Positions 26,731 to 35,841 of a stretch of 64,000 bases of DNA are shown here, one piece after another. The notes under the pieces are model-generated. The model had not been told where the DNA came from. It did not search any database and saw only the letters and a list, made by a program, of their open reading frames with translations. A program made the translations under genes and the position numbers. The DNA comes from an uncultured Dehalococcoidia bacterium (lineage in GTDB: Bacteria; Chloroflexota; Dehalococcoidia; Lucifugimonadales; CAJWUJ01): NCBI GenBank assembly GCA_913047625.1, contig CAJWUJ010000007.1, forward strand, positions 495-64,494, in the 5' to 3' direction. Every line of letters starts with the position of its first letter. Within the stretch, counting starts at the first letter, position 1.

Positions 26731-27435
26731 TTAGTCGAGACCTGACTTTTTAAGTAGCCCTTCAAGCGAGAATTCCTTGCTTTGAAGATATGCCATAAGA
26801 TTGGCTTCCTTATTATGAAGTTCTTCTATTTTGGCAGGTAATTCATCTATTATGTCGATAGGAATCGTAATGATACCTATCTTATCTGCAAAAATAAGAT
26901 CACCTGGATGAATTAGCTGGCCACTAATATTTACCGGGTTTCCTGTATCCACCATATTTACAAAGGCTCCAGTTCCATGTGCTGGAACAGTGCCAGGAGC
27001 AAACATATGAAATCCTATGTCGTGCACGTCATCAGGGTCACGAACGCCTCCATCCGTGATTAAACCATTTGCCCCTAACGCGTACGCAGTATTAGCCATT
27101 AACCCACCAAAAACTAAACTGCGGGTTTTGTCATGACCACCAGCTTTCATTACAATCACTGCTGGCTTCGGAGATGCATCTATTGATTCCAAATATCGGC
27201 GTTGTACTTCTTTGAAGACTGGTCGATTAGGTGTCAGATTGTCTAGTACTGCTGTGACGGCATAACCGATCATTGGTCCTAAGTCAGGAAACATACAGCG
27301 GATATCGTATCCCATATATCCATCTGTCATGGATCGCACACCCATGCCTTTGATAGTATCTGAAATTTCCGGAGATGTGTATTGTTTCAGTTGTTCGATT
27401 TGTTGCTTTGTGATTTGTTTAGCCATGGTATTCAA
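26731..27435 (-). CDS. RraA-like / 4-hydroxy-4-methyl-2-oxoglutarate aldolase family protein
   Basis: GGLMANTAYALGANGLITDGGVRD core motif. 234 aa. Confidence 0.78.
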   Translation of the reverse strand: MNTMAKQITKQQIEQLKQYTSPEISDTIKGMGVRSMTDGYMGYDIRCMFPDLGPMIGYAVTAVLDNLTPNRPVFKEVQRRYLESIDASPKPAVIVMKAGGHDKTRSLVFGGLMANTAYALGANGLITDGGVRDPDDVHDIGFHMFAPGTVPAHGTGAFVNMVDTGNPVNISGQLIHPGDLIFADKIGIITIPIDIIDELPAKIEELHNKEANLMAYLQSKEFSLEGLLKKSGLD

Positions 27436-27672
27436 TCCCTCATTTTTTCTTGAGTATCTATAATAAAGGTATTATAGATGATAATAGCGTGATGCGACAT
27501 AAATTTAAAACTCCCCGATTAGCAATAATCATGATTGTAATTGCTTTGAGGAAGGGGGCAGCCTGGGGTTAGTTATAGGTTATTCATGCCAGTACCCAAT
27601 CATTAGTTTTGACTTAGATTGAAAGGTGCTGATCCCTACTTAAAAAGATGAAATTGTTTTTTTGATAAGCAT

Positions 27673-27713
27673 GTAAGCCTTAAGATTGAAACTAGTTCAT
27701 CCTTAAGGCTTAC
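27673..27713. other. Perfect 12-bp inverted repeat (GTAAGCCTTAAG / CTTAAGGCTTAC) with a 17-nt loop
   Basis: Read directly. It lies 39 nt downstream of the zinc-ribbon gene stop (27752). The T-run is on the wrong side for a classical minus-strand terminator. Confidence 0.4.
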
Positions 27714-27751
27714 TATATCAACCAATTATCGAAAAGCGTACTAGCTAAACT

Positions 27752-28045
27752 TTAAGCTCGTTGCTTGCTAAAACAGTCGCTGCAATAAACCGGGCGATCT
27801 CCACGTGGCCTGAAAGGCACGGTGGTATCAACTCCACATTCGCTACATACGACAGGATACTGGGTCCTTTCTCCACCACCGAAGCGTCCTCCACCCTGTT
27901 GGCTGCGACGCTGCTGTCGGCATGGTGCACAACGTTTGGGCTCATTGCTGAACCCTTTCTGCTCGTGATATGACTGATCATCAGCTGTGAAGATGAAAGT
28001 TGTTCCGCAGTCCTGGCAAGTAAGTTCTTTATCAGTAAATTCCAT
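27752..28045 (-). CDS. Zinc-ribbon protein (CxxC...CxxC x2, Gly/Arg-rich linker)
   Basis: CQDC...CAPC and CSECG...CSDC pairs. AAAGGAG before the ATG. The other-frame ORFs here are shadows. Confidence 0.8.
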   Translation of the reverse strand: MEFTDKELTCQDCGTTFIFTADDQSYHEQKGFSNEPKRCAPCRQQRRSQQGGGRFGGGERTQYPVVCSECGVDTTVPFRPRGDRPVYCSDCFSKQRA

Positions 28046-28410
28046 GTATTTTGCTCCTTTTATGATAGTTATAGAATTTTGACTAGAGGTGATATTTGTG
28101 TAATAGGTTTAATAGGCGAAGTTCATTAAGTGAAGAAAACTAGTGTGGGTGCCATGGTTCATGGGGTGCTTCTAGTAAGATGCAGGGGAAACAAAGGTGT
28201 TGTTTACAACACTGGGGTTAGCGCAGTCCCACATAGATTAGGGGTTGCCGTTTTTCTGTTTGACTTTAATTAGTCAGGTCTTTTAATAAGTGGGTCTCCG
28301 AATATTAGCTATATTAACAAAGGTATACCCTTCGTCGACATTGCGTACTATAAGCTTTTTTTGAACATTCGGCAAGTCCGCTAATAATAAAGGCGAATTT
28401 ATGCCTAAAG

Positions 28411-28485
28411 TGGAGCCACCGAACGGATTTGAACCGTTGACCTGAGCTTTACGAAAGCCCTGCTCTACCCCTGAGCTACGGTGGC
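28411..28485 (-). tRNA. tRNA-Thr (anticodon CGT), CCA encoded
   Basis: Hand-folded cloverleaf: acceptor GCCACCG/CGGTGGC, D stem GCTC/GAGC, anticodon loop TTCGTAA, T arm AACGG-TTCAAAT-CCGTT, discriminator T, CCA. A TATAAT lies at 28505-28500 upstream. Confidence 0.93.
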
Positions 28486-28664
28486 GTTATTCATGACGGA
28501 TTATACTCAATTTTTAACTGTTTCTCTACGTTGCAGAAATTCTTCATATTAGTAAATTGATGGATGAGTAGTATAGACCAAATGGATTTCTTGATGAGAT
28601 TGTCGGGATCATGTTACCATCGCTTTCGTCAGGGGTGAATCACAAGGATTTGTAGGGGATACCA

Positions 28665-29882
28665 TTGGCTCAGATAAGTTTTCCTAATATAAAGATATCA
28701 CGGGATTTTCATAAAATTCTTGAAAAAGCATTGGACGGTTATTTGCCTTCAAAGAAAGAGGCTACAGTAGTTCTTGATAGGTCAGAAAAAGAACTATCCT
28801 CTCTATTACTTGTTGCAGGGCAGATCAGGGATCAAGAAAAGGGTAAAACACTCACATATTCAAAGAAAGTATTTATCCCTCTTACGAATATGTGCCGCGA
28901 TCGCTGTGGATATTGTACTTTTGTGAAAAGCCCGAAAGAGAAAGAGTCACATTATTTGACGCCTGATCAAGTATTGGATATTGCTTTAGCAGGCTATAAA
29001 CAAGGATGTAAGGAAGTATTATTTAGTTTGGGAGATCATCCTGAATGGCGACATCGGGAGGCCAAGGAATGGTTGGAGCATTTAGGTTATAGTTCCACTC
29101 CTGAATATGTTATGGCAATGTCAGCTATGGTTTTAGATGAGACAGGGCTTCTGCCTCATACCAATGCGGGTATTCTTTCTCGTGATGAATTACTGGGGCT
29201 ACGAGAGACTAATGTGAGCATGGGGATAATGCTTGAAAATGTCAGTGTCCGACTCCTAAATCGAGGTGGGCCTCATTTCGGATGTGACAGTAAAGAGCCG
29301 TCTTTGAGACTTAATGTACTTCGAGAGGCAGGTAAATTGGGTATTCCTATGACTACAGGGATTTTAATTGGTATTGGTGAGACTCCTGAAGAACGATTGG
29401 AGTCGCTTCTCGCTATTAAAGGAATACATGAGGAGTATGGGAATATCCAAGAGGTTATCATTCAAAATTTTAGGGCGAAGACCAAAACCCGGATGTACAA
29501 AAAAGAAGAGCCTTCTACCGTGGATATGCTTCGGACTTTAGCAATGGCTAGACTAGTCTTAGGAGGATCGATGAATATTCAGGCGCCTCCTAATTTAAAT
29601 TCAGATGCCTGTCAAACGTATATCCTTGCTGGTATTAACGATTGGGGAGGAGTCTCTCCGGTCACTCCAGATCATATTAATCCTGAAGCTCCATGGCCTG
29701 CTATAAAGCAATTGAGTCACTTAACTGAAGAATGTGGTTACAATTTAAGAGAACGCCTGGCAATATATCCTGAGTTTCTGTGTGACGATTTATCTGCTTT
29801 TCCTCCTGCGCTTAGAAAGGCAGTGGCTGTGAAAATTCAAGAGGTAGGTTACAATGTGGAGACAGGGAGAGATGTGCTGTGA
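28665..29882 (+). CDS. cofG: FO (7,8-didemethyl-8-hydroxy-5-deazariboflavin) synthase subunit CofG
   Basis: Radical-SAM CRDRCGYC. Collinear with CofH downstream through a GTGA overlap. Confidence 0.88.
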   Translation: MAQISFPNIKISRDFHKILEKALDGYLPSKKEATVVLDRSEKELSSLLLVAGQIRDQEKGKTLTYSKKVFIPLTNMCRDRCGYCTFVKSPKEKESHYLTPDQVLDIALAGYKQGCKEVLFSLGDHPEWRHREAKEWLEHLGYSSTPEYVMAMSAMVLDETGLLPHTNAGILSRDELLGLRETNVSMGIMLENVSVRLLNRGGPHFGCDSKEPSLRLNVLREAGKLGIPMTTGILIGIGETPEERLESLLAIKGIHEEYGNIQEVIIQNFRAKTKTRMYKKEEPSTVDMLRTLAMARLVLGGSMNIQAPPNLNSDACQTYILAGINDWGGVSPVTPDHINPEAPWPAIKQLSHLTEECGYNLRERLAIYPEFLCDDLSAFPPALRKAVAVKIQEVGYNVETGRDVL

Positions 29883-31189
29883 CCAAACCTAGTTTTCATG
29901 CGAATCAAATACACTCCGTCGATTTGTTATTCAAATCTACGACAAAAGATATTGCTATTACTCTAGATAACGTCTTGATGGGAAAAGATGTTTCCGTAGA
30001 AGAGGGAACACGATTATTTGACGCCACTGGTACCGACTTGCTAGCTCTAATGGCAACTGCTGATGAGCTGCGACGTCGTTTCGCAGGAGAAACTGTGACG
30101 TATGTGGTAAACCGTAACATTAACTTTACTAATGTTTGCATTAAAAGGTGTGGTTTTTGCGCTTTTAGCCGTGATCATAGAACTGAGGAAGGCTATTGGT
30201 TGCCAGTGGAAGAGATAGTCAGACGTGCTAAGGAAGCAGTATCTTTTGGGGCAACCGAAGTCTGTATTCAGGCTGGTTTGCCTCCGAAAATGAAAGGATC
30301 TCTATACGGAGATATAACTCGAGAAATCAAGAAATATTTACCTGATTTACATATACACGGCTTTTCCCCTGAGGAAGTGTTATACGGATCTGTACGTTCA
30401 AGATCTACCATTCGTGAGCAACTTATTGAATTGAAGGAAGCCGGGGTTGGAAGTCTTCCAGGGACTTCCGCAGAGATTCTTGATGACACTGTCCGGAAAC
30501 GTATCTCACCTGGTCGAATTACCAAGGATCAATGGATGGAAGTCATAACAAATGCTCACGATTTGGGCATTCCTACAACAGCGACGATTATGTACGGGCA
30601 CGTGGAGTCAGCAATAGATCGGGTAAGACATTTAGCATTAATACGAGATATCCAAAAATCCACCGGTGGATTTACGGAGTTTGTTCCCCTAGGTTTTATT
30701 CATACTGAAGCTCCCATGTATAACAATCAGATGATTAGTGGTCTGAGAGAGGGTCCCACAGGTATGGAAGTGATAAAAATGCATGCTATTTCCCGTATCA
30801 TGCTTAATAGCTACATCAATAATATTCAAGTATCTTGGGTTAAGGAAGGTCATAAGTTAGGTCAGGTATTGCTGCAGGCTGGAGCTAACGATATGGGAGG
30901 GACTTTAATAAATGAGAGTATTTCGACTGCTGCAGGAGCAGGACATGGCCAACTAATCTCTCCTCGTATGTTACGTAATATTATCTGGGATGCCGGTAGA
31001 GTGCCTGCAGAACGAACTACTCTTTACCAAATCCGTAAAAGTTTTGATGAGAATACTGATACCATCGTTGTGGATCCTTTGGATGCGATCGATCCGGAAG
31101 ATACACAGTTTGGCTCTTATAACGAGCTGATCCAATTGAAGAAGTTCCGTTTTAACGAGAAAAATAATCTACCGGCAGTGCAATCGTAA
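29879..31189 (+). CDS. cofH: FO synthase subunit CofH
   Basis: Radical-SAM CIKRCGFCAF. 436 aa. Confidence 0.88.
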   Translation: MTKPSFHANQIHSVDLLFKSTTKDIAITLDNVLMGKDVSVEEGTRLFDATGTDLLALMATADELRRRFAGETVTYVVNRNINFTNVCIKRCGFCAFSRDHRTEEGYWLPVEEIVRRAKEAVSFGATEVCIQAGLPPKMKGSLYGDITREIKKYLPDLHIHGFSPEEVLYGSVRSRSTIREQLIELKEAGVGSLPGTSAEILDDTVRKRISPGRITKDQWMEVITNAHDLGIPTTATIMYGHVESAIDRVRHLALIRDIQKSTGGFTEFVPLGFIHTEAPMYNNQMISGLREGPTGMEVIKMHAISRIMLNSYINNIQVSWVKEGHKLGQVLLQAGANDMGGTLINESISTAAGAGHGQLISPRMLRNIIWDAGRVPAERTTLYQIRKSFDENTDTIVVDPLDAIDPEDTQFGSYNELIQLKKFRFNEKNNLPAVQS

Positions 31190-31230
31190 GCGTACTCTGA
31201 GAGCATTGGCAGGAAACAGAGGATCTTCAA

Positions 31231-32169
31231 ATGATTGAGAGGATTACAGCTTTGGCAGGCGGAGTGGGGGGAGCCAAATTGCTTTTAGGATTCTCAAAAA
31301 TTCACCCAGCTAGCTCCTTATCAGCAATTATCAATACTGGAGATGACAGTATTTTTCATGGTTTGTATGTGTGCCCGGATTTAGACACTGTGATGTACAC
31401 CTTAGCTGGATTGAGTGACCCTTTTACCGGCTGGGGTATCGCAGGTGATACCCGAGCTGTGTTAAACCAGCTAAATATTTACGGACGACCAACATGGTTT
31501 ACGTTAGGGGATAGGGATGTAGCAACCCATATTTGCAGGACTGAGATGTTGAATAATGGTTATACATTATCCGATGTAGTAGGATTTTTAGCAAAGAGAT
31601 TGGGTGTTGCTGTGAACTTATTCCCTATGTCTGACAACATTGTTCAAACTAAGGTTGCAACTGAAGAAGGTCTCCTTAATCTTGAAGATTACTTTGTTCG
31701 TCTAAAAACACAGCCAGTGGTCAAAAATGTGCAATTTGAAGGTGCAGAGACTGCTCAGATGTCATATGGTTTTCTAGATGCTTTGCAGAAGAGTGAATTG
31801 CTTGTATTTTGTCCGTCTAATCCTATAATTAGTATCAATCCAATTCTGGCTGTTGGTAGTGCAAGGACTCAAATAAAGAATTTTAGTGGATTGCGGGTGG
31901 CTGTTAGTCCTATTGTTGGGGGAAAGGCGATTCGGGGTCCTGCGGCTAAGATGATGGAAGAATTAGGTTACGAATCATCAGCTTTTTCTGTAGCTCAGAT
32001 GTATCAGGATCTATGTGATGTGTTTGTAATTGACAATGCAGATAAAGGCTATGTACAACTAATACAGGAATTGGGCCTTAGGGTACTGTGTACCAACACA
32101 ATAATGCTTGAATTAGAAGATAAAATACGCTTAGCACAAGAGATTTTAGACTATGCCAATAGTGCTTGA
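31231..32169 (+). CDS. cofD: 2-phospho-L-lactate transferase CofD
   Basis: N-terminal LAGGVGGAKLL. 312 aa. Located in the cof cluster. Confidence 0.85.
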   Translation: MIERITALAGGVGGAKLLLGFSKIHPASSLSAIINTGDDSIFHGLYVCPDLDTVMYTLAGLSDPFTGWGIAGDTRAVLNQLNIYGRPTWFTLGDRDVATHICRTEMLNNGYTLSDVVGFLAKRLGVAVNLFPMSDNIVQTKVATEEGLLNLEDYFVRLKTQPVVKNVQFEGAETAQMSYGFLDALQKSELLVFCPSNPIISINPILAVGSARTQIKNFSGLRVAVSPIVGGKAIRGPAAKMMEELGYESSAFSVAQMYQDLCDVFVIDNADKGYVQLIQELGLRVLCTNTIMLELEDKIRLAQEILDYANSA

Positions 32170-32178
32170 AGAACCAAA

Positions 32179-32877
32179 ATGAATATCCAGAATCAAAAAA
32201 TCATTGCTATAGTTCCCGTTAAGCCTCTTAACGATGGTAAGTCTAGGTTAATTGATGTCTTAAGCGAACGACAACGTCAGGCGTTGTCACTCATGTTGCT
32301 AAATAGAGTTATTAATTGTGTTAAGGGTGTTAAAGATTCTATCCACTTGTGGATCATTGGCGGAGACCCCACTGTTGAGGCGCTTTGCGCCAAGCACGGT
32401 GTAGTTTGCCTAAATGAACTTGGAGAAGATTTGAACTCAACGCTGTATAAGGGATTTCAGAAAGCCTTTGAGATAAATGCTGATGTCGCAATGTATATTC
32501 CTGCGGATTTGCCGATGTTAGAGACTCAAGATTTAACTGAGTTGATTAATTCGTCAGAAGGATTATCGAGGTTGGTGCTATGTCAAGCTGAATCTGACGG
32601 AGGCACCAATGCTTTACTGGTTCCTAAAGATATGATGGCTTTTATGCCGCAACTTGGTGATAATAGTTTTCTAAAACATATACAAATAGCCCAAGTCAAT
32701 TCTTGGAGATTCAACTTTTGCAATGCCCCAGGAATGACTTTTGATTTGGATACTCCTAGGGATTTTGACCGGTGTAGGCAAGAGTTGCCATTGTTTATGC
32801 GTGATTTAGATCAATGGACTAAAGTGCTTAAAGACAGTCTTTCGTTGAGTACTTTAGACGCATTGTTGTCTGGCTAA
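32179..32877 (+). CDS. cofC: 2-phospho-L-lactate (or PEP) guanylyltransferase CofC
   Basis: AIVPVKPLNDGKSRL N-terminus. 232 aa. Follows cofD by 9 nt. Confidence 0.8.
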   Translation: MNIQNQKIIAIVPVKPLNDGKSRLIDVLSERQRQALSLMLLNRVINCVKGVKDSIHLWIIGGDPTVEALCAKHGVVCLNELGEDLNSTLYKGFQKAFEINADVAMYIPADLPMLETQDLTELINSSEGLSRLVLCQAESDGGTNALLVPKDMMAFMPQLGDNSFLKHIQIAQVNSWRFNFCNAPGMTFDLDTPRDFDRCRQELPLFMRDLDQWTKVLKDSLSLSTLDALLSG

Positions 32878-32926
32878 GGCATGTCATATAGTTGTACAAT
32901 GAAATCAAGTGATTTGAGGTATTACA

Positions 32927-33397
32927 ATGACTGATACGATTATTATTGGCGCTGACCACGGAGGCTTTTATCTCAAGGAAGAAGTCAAGGGTATCCTTGC
33001 TGGTTTAGGATTTCAGGTGACGGATACCGGTGCAGACGTGTACGATCCTGATGATGACTATCCTGAATTTGCATCTAAGGTTGCTGCTAGTGTTTCATCT
33101 GGCGTATTTACAAAAGGAATTATAATTTGTGGTAGTGGAGTAGGTGCTTCAATTACCGCAAATAAGTTCTCTGGGGTCAGAGCTGGATTGTGCCATGATT
33201 CTTATTCAGCGCATCAAGGCGTCGAACATGACGACATGAATATCCTATGCCTAGGAGCTAGGGTTGTAGGAATTGAAGTTGCTAAGGAATTAATAGGAGC
33301 CTTCGTACGAGCTTCTTTTACAGGAGAAGAACGTCATATAAGAAGGTTAGGAAAACTAATTGATATTGAACGTCAGTGCCTTCAAAACGACACGTGA
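32927..33397 (+). CDS. rpiB: Ribose-5-phosphate isomerase B (RpiB/LacAB family)
   Basis: IIIGADHGGFYLKEEV, ICGSGVGASITANK and the SAHQGVEHDDMN region. Confidence 0.88.
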   Translation: MTDTIIIGADHGGFYLKEEVKGILAGLGFQVTDTGADVYDPDDDYPEFASKVAASVSSGVFTKGIIICGSGVGASITANKFSGVRAGLCHDSYSAHQGVEHDDMNILCLGARVVGIEVAKELIGAFVRASFTGEERHIRRLGKLIDIERQCLQNDT

Positions 33398-33413
33398 TCT
33401 CTGGAAAAATTCT

Positions 33414-34217
33414 TTATTTCCCAGAGGAAAAAAACTCAAGTGCTTCGTTCACCAGTCTACTAGGTTCCGTGAAATGCATTTCATGACCAACCCCTGCCCA
33501 TAACCTGAATTCTGCCTGGCTCGTAGCAATGCTTTTCAGATGATCGAATTCTTCTGTTGTGATATAACCACCAGCTTTCCAGTCTGCAATAAGTAAAAGG
33601 GTTGGTGCTTTGCATTTTGCAAGGAACGTTTCACATTCTAGTGCCCAACTTCTATTCACAGAGGAGATTTGTCGCAATATAGCAGGAGTAAAGGAGTGGA
33701 ATTTAGTCACTTCGTCTTCGGCTTCTTGTGGTGTCTTTCCTGCATCAGAAAATTCTTTCTGGACTGTTTCTTTACTTTTTCTCCGGCTAATTATTTTGGG
33801 AACTATGGTTACAAATGCATCTGTCATTTTCCAATACACTGGATCTTCTAGAATGACTTTTGATACTGCGTTTGAATATTCCGCTGCAATAATAGTTCCA
33901 ATATTGCCACCCCAGGAATGGCCTATATAGGCTGGGGACTTAAGGTTAAGCTTATTTATGAGCTCACAGATGTCGTTCGCATATGATTCCAACAAATAGC
34001 CTTGTTGTGGTCGGTCGGTTAATCCATTGCCTCGGTTATCTGCAGCGACGATATGGTATTTGTCTTGTAGTTCATTTGCAACGTCTTGCCAGACAAGACC
34101 TGAAGTGGACCAACCGTGCACAAGAACTAGGTCAGGTAGCGAAGGATTGCCCCATTCTCTGTAGTGAAACTTTAAGCCATTGATAGTAGTGTAGTTGCTT
34201 GTATATGACGCGGTCAT
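33414..34217 (-). CDS. Alpha/beta hydrolase
   Basis: HGWSTSG oxyanion region. GHSWGG nucleophile elbow. C-terminal GVGHEMH. Confidence 0.85.
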   Translation of the reverse strand: MTASYTSNYTTINGLKFHYREWGNPSLPDLVLVHGWSTSGLVWQDVANELQDKYHIVAADNRGNGLTDRPQQGYLLESYANDICELINKLNLKSPAYIGHSWGGNIGTIIAAEYSNAVSKVILEDPVYWKMTDAFVTIVPKIISRRKSKETVQKEFSDAGKTPQEAEDEVTKFHSFTPAILRQISSVNRSWALECETFLAKCKAPTLLLIADWKAGGYITTEEFDHLKSIATSQAEFRLWAGVGHEMHFTEPSRLVNEALEFFSSGK

Positions 34218-34455
34218 CCTAAGAGTACTCCAATCAAAAAGTTAGTTTGGTAAATGGGTGTTCTTACCATAGTTAGTCATTCGATTGTAGCACTAGTCTT
34301 TTATGAATCATACCCACTTTGCCACAACACAACTGCAGTACGTTAGTGAGTCAGGACGCTTTGATGTGTTAAGAAATGTATTAAATGAGCTGTGTTAGAA
34401 TTGGGTTTGCTTAAGTAAATCTGATTGATAATATCAGAAGAGATGGAGAGTCTTA

Positions 34456-35427
34456 ATGGAAACACGGAAGAGTATAGGTCTTTTACTGCCAACGAGGGGT
34501 ATTGTTATGAAAAATCCGGATACTCCCAATGTAGATTTATTGTTTGAGTTGGCGGAAGAGGCCGAACGGATTGGCCTTGATTCCTTATGGGTAGGTGATA
34601 GTTTGCTATCTAAGCCTCGCCTAGAACCAATAACAACGCTTTCTGCTATAGCGGCACGAACTAGTACTGTACGGATAGGGACTGCAGTTTTATTGGCGGC
34701 TATGAGAAATCCGGTATTGCTTGCCCATTCAGTAGCTACCCTTGACATCATTTCGAAAGGTAGAGCTATTCTTGGTATGGGAGTGGGCGGGGTATTTAAC
34801 GATGCTTTGCAAAAGGAATGGGGTGCGGTAGGGGTTCTTGGAAAAGAAAGGGCAAAACGGTTCGAAGAAATAGCTGAAATCCTGAGGCTTCTCTGGACAA
34901 AGAATGATGTTAGTTATTGCGGTGAGTATTTTCACTTTGACAACGTGAACTTGCAACCGAAACCTTTTCAGAAGCGAGGAGTTCCTATTTGGCTTGCCTG
35001 CCATGAGAGGGCTGGAAAACCCCAGCAATGGAAAAGAGCGGCTAAATTAAGTGATGGAATAGTTTCTATCAGTGACACGCCGGATGAGTTGGAGGTAGGC
35101 TTGCAAAAATATAGTTCTTACTTACAGAGGGATATTGATGATCCTTTACAGAAAGATGTATCTTTTTATTTAACAATTAATATTAATCAAGATAAGCATG
35201 TCGCTGAGAAAGATGCTCATGATTATCTCAATCGCTATTATGGAGCCAATATTTGGGGAACCCGTTGGGGACCCTTTGGTTCTGCGAACAGTATTATCGA
35301 CCGATGTAATCAGTATTGGGATGCTGGAGTTAATCATCTTATTGTCCGTTTTGCATCTTTTGATCCAATAGAACAGTTGAAGAGATTTGAAACCCAGGTT
35401 TTACCCTATATTAGCGATCCAGTTTGA
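34456..35427 (+). CDS. Luciferase-like (LLM class) flavin/F420-dependent oxidoreductase
   Basis: IGLLLP...AERIGLDSLWVGDS...GRAILGMGVG pattern of the LLM TIM barrel. GGAGAG before the ATG. Confidence 0.8.
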   Translation: METRKSIGLLLPTRGIVMKNPDTPNVDLLFELAEEAERIGLDSLWVGDSLLSKPRLEPITTLSAIAARTSTVRIGTAVLLAAMRNPVLLAHSVATLDIISKGRAILGMGVGGVFNDALQKEWGAVGVLGKERAKRFEEIAEILRLLWTKNDVSYCGEYFHFDNVNLQPKPFQKRGVPIWLACHERAGKPQQWKRAAKLSDGIVSISDTPDELEVGLQKYSSYLQRDIDDPLQKDVSFYLTININQDKHVAEKDAHDYLNRYYGANIWGTRWGPFGSANSIIDRCNQYWDAGVNHLIVRFASFDPIEQLKRFETQVLPYISDPV

Positions 35428-35434
35428 CCTACGG

Positions 35435-35719
35435 TTAGTAGATGTCGAGACTGAATCTGGATCCGTCAGGTGTTTCTTTGAAGTCAAGAATTCGTTGATC
35501 ATCTCCATGATTTAAAGCTGGATCAATCAATAGAAGAATTACATTTTCGTCAGTGATTTTTGCGTCACCCATGCGCTCGATGTCTAGTACTAAGCCAAAA
35601 TCTCCTTCTCCTGTCCAGGTGGGGGGTGTGGCTAGGCGGAGAAACTTGCCTTTTTTGACTGTCCCATCCTCTTTCATTTCTCGGAGTTTTGTTTTTGCTC
35701 TATTAGTTATAGTGATCAT
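35435..35719 (-). CDS. HesB/IscA-fold small protein lacking the Fe-S ligand cysteines
   Basis: MITITNRAKTKL...FLRLATPP...FGLVLD...ILLLIDP follows the IscA layout, but the protein contains no Cys. Confidence 0.5.
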   Translation of the reverse strand: MITITNRAKTKLREMKEDGTVKKGKFLRLATPPTWTGEGDFGLVLDIERMGDAKITDENVILLLIDPALNHGDDQRILDFKETPDGSRFSLDIY

Positions 35720-35841
35720 TGGTCAAAAAACTTACTAACTGAATGTAATTAAAGTTTAGTCCGATTAACGTTATGTGGCACTATCGGTTAGAGTTGTTAT
35801 AATAGGCTTTCCAGTCACATATTGTCTACTAGGAGAATACA

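Noticed and set aside
27745-27981. Alternative-frame ORFs (78 aa on minus, 70 aa on plus) over the zinc-ribbon gene.
   Set aside because: The frame 27752-28045 carries four CxxC pairs and an SD. The others are by-products of the locally GC-rich sequence.
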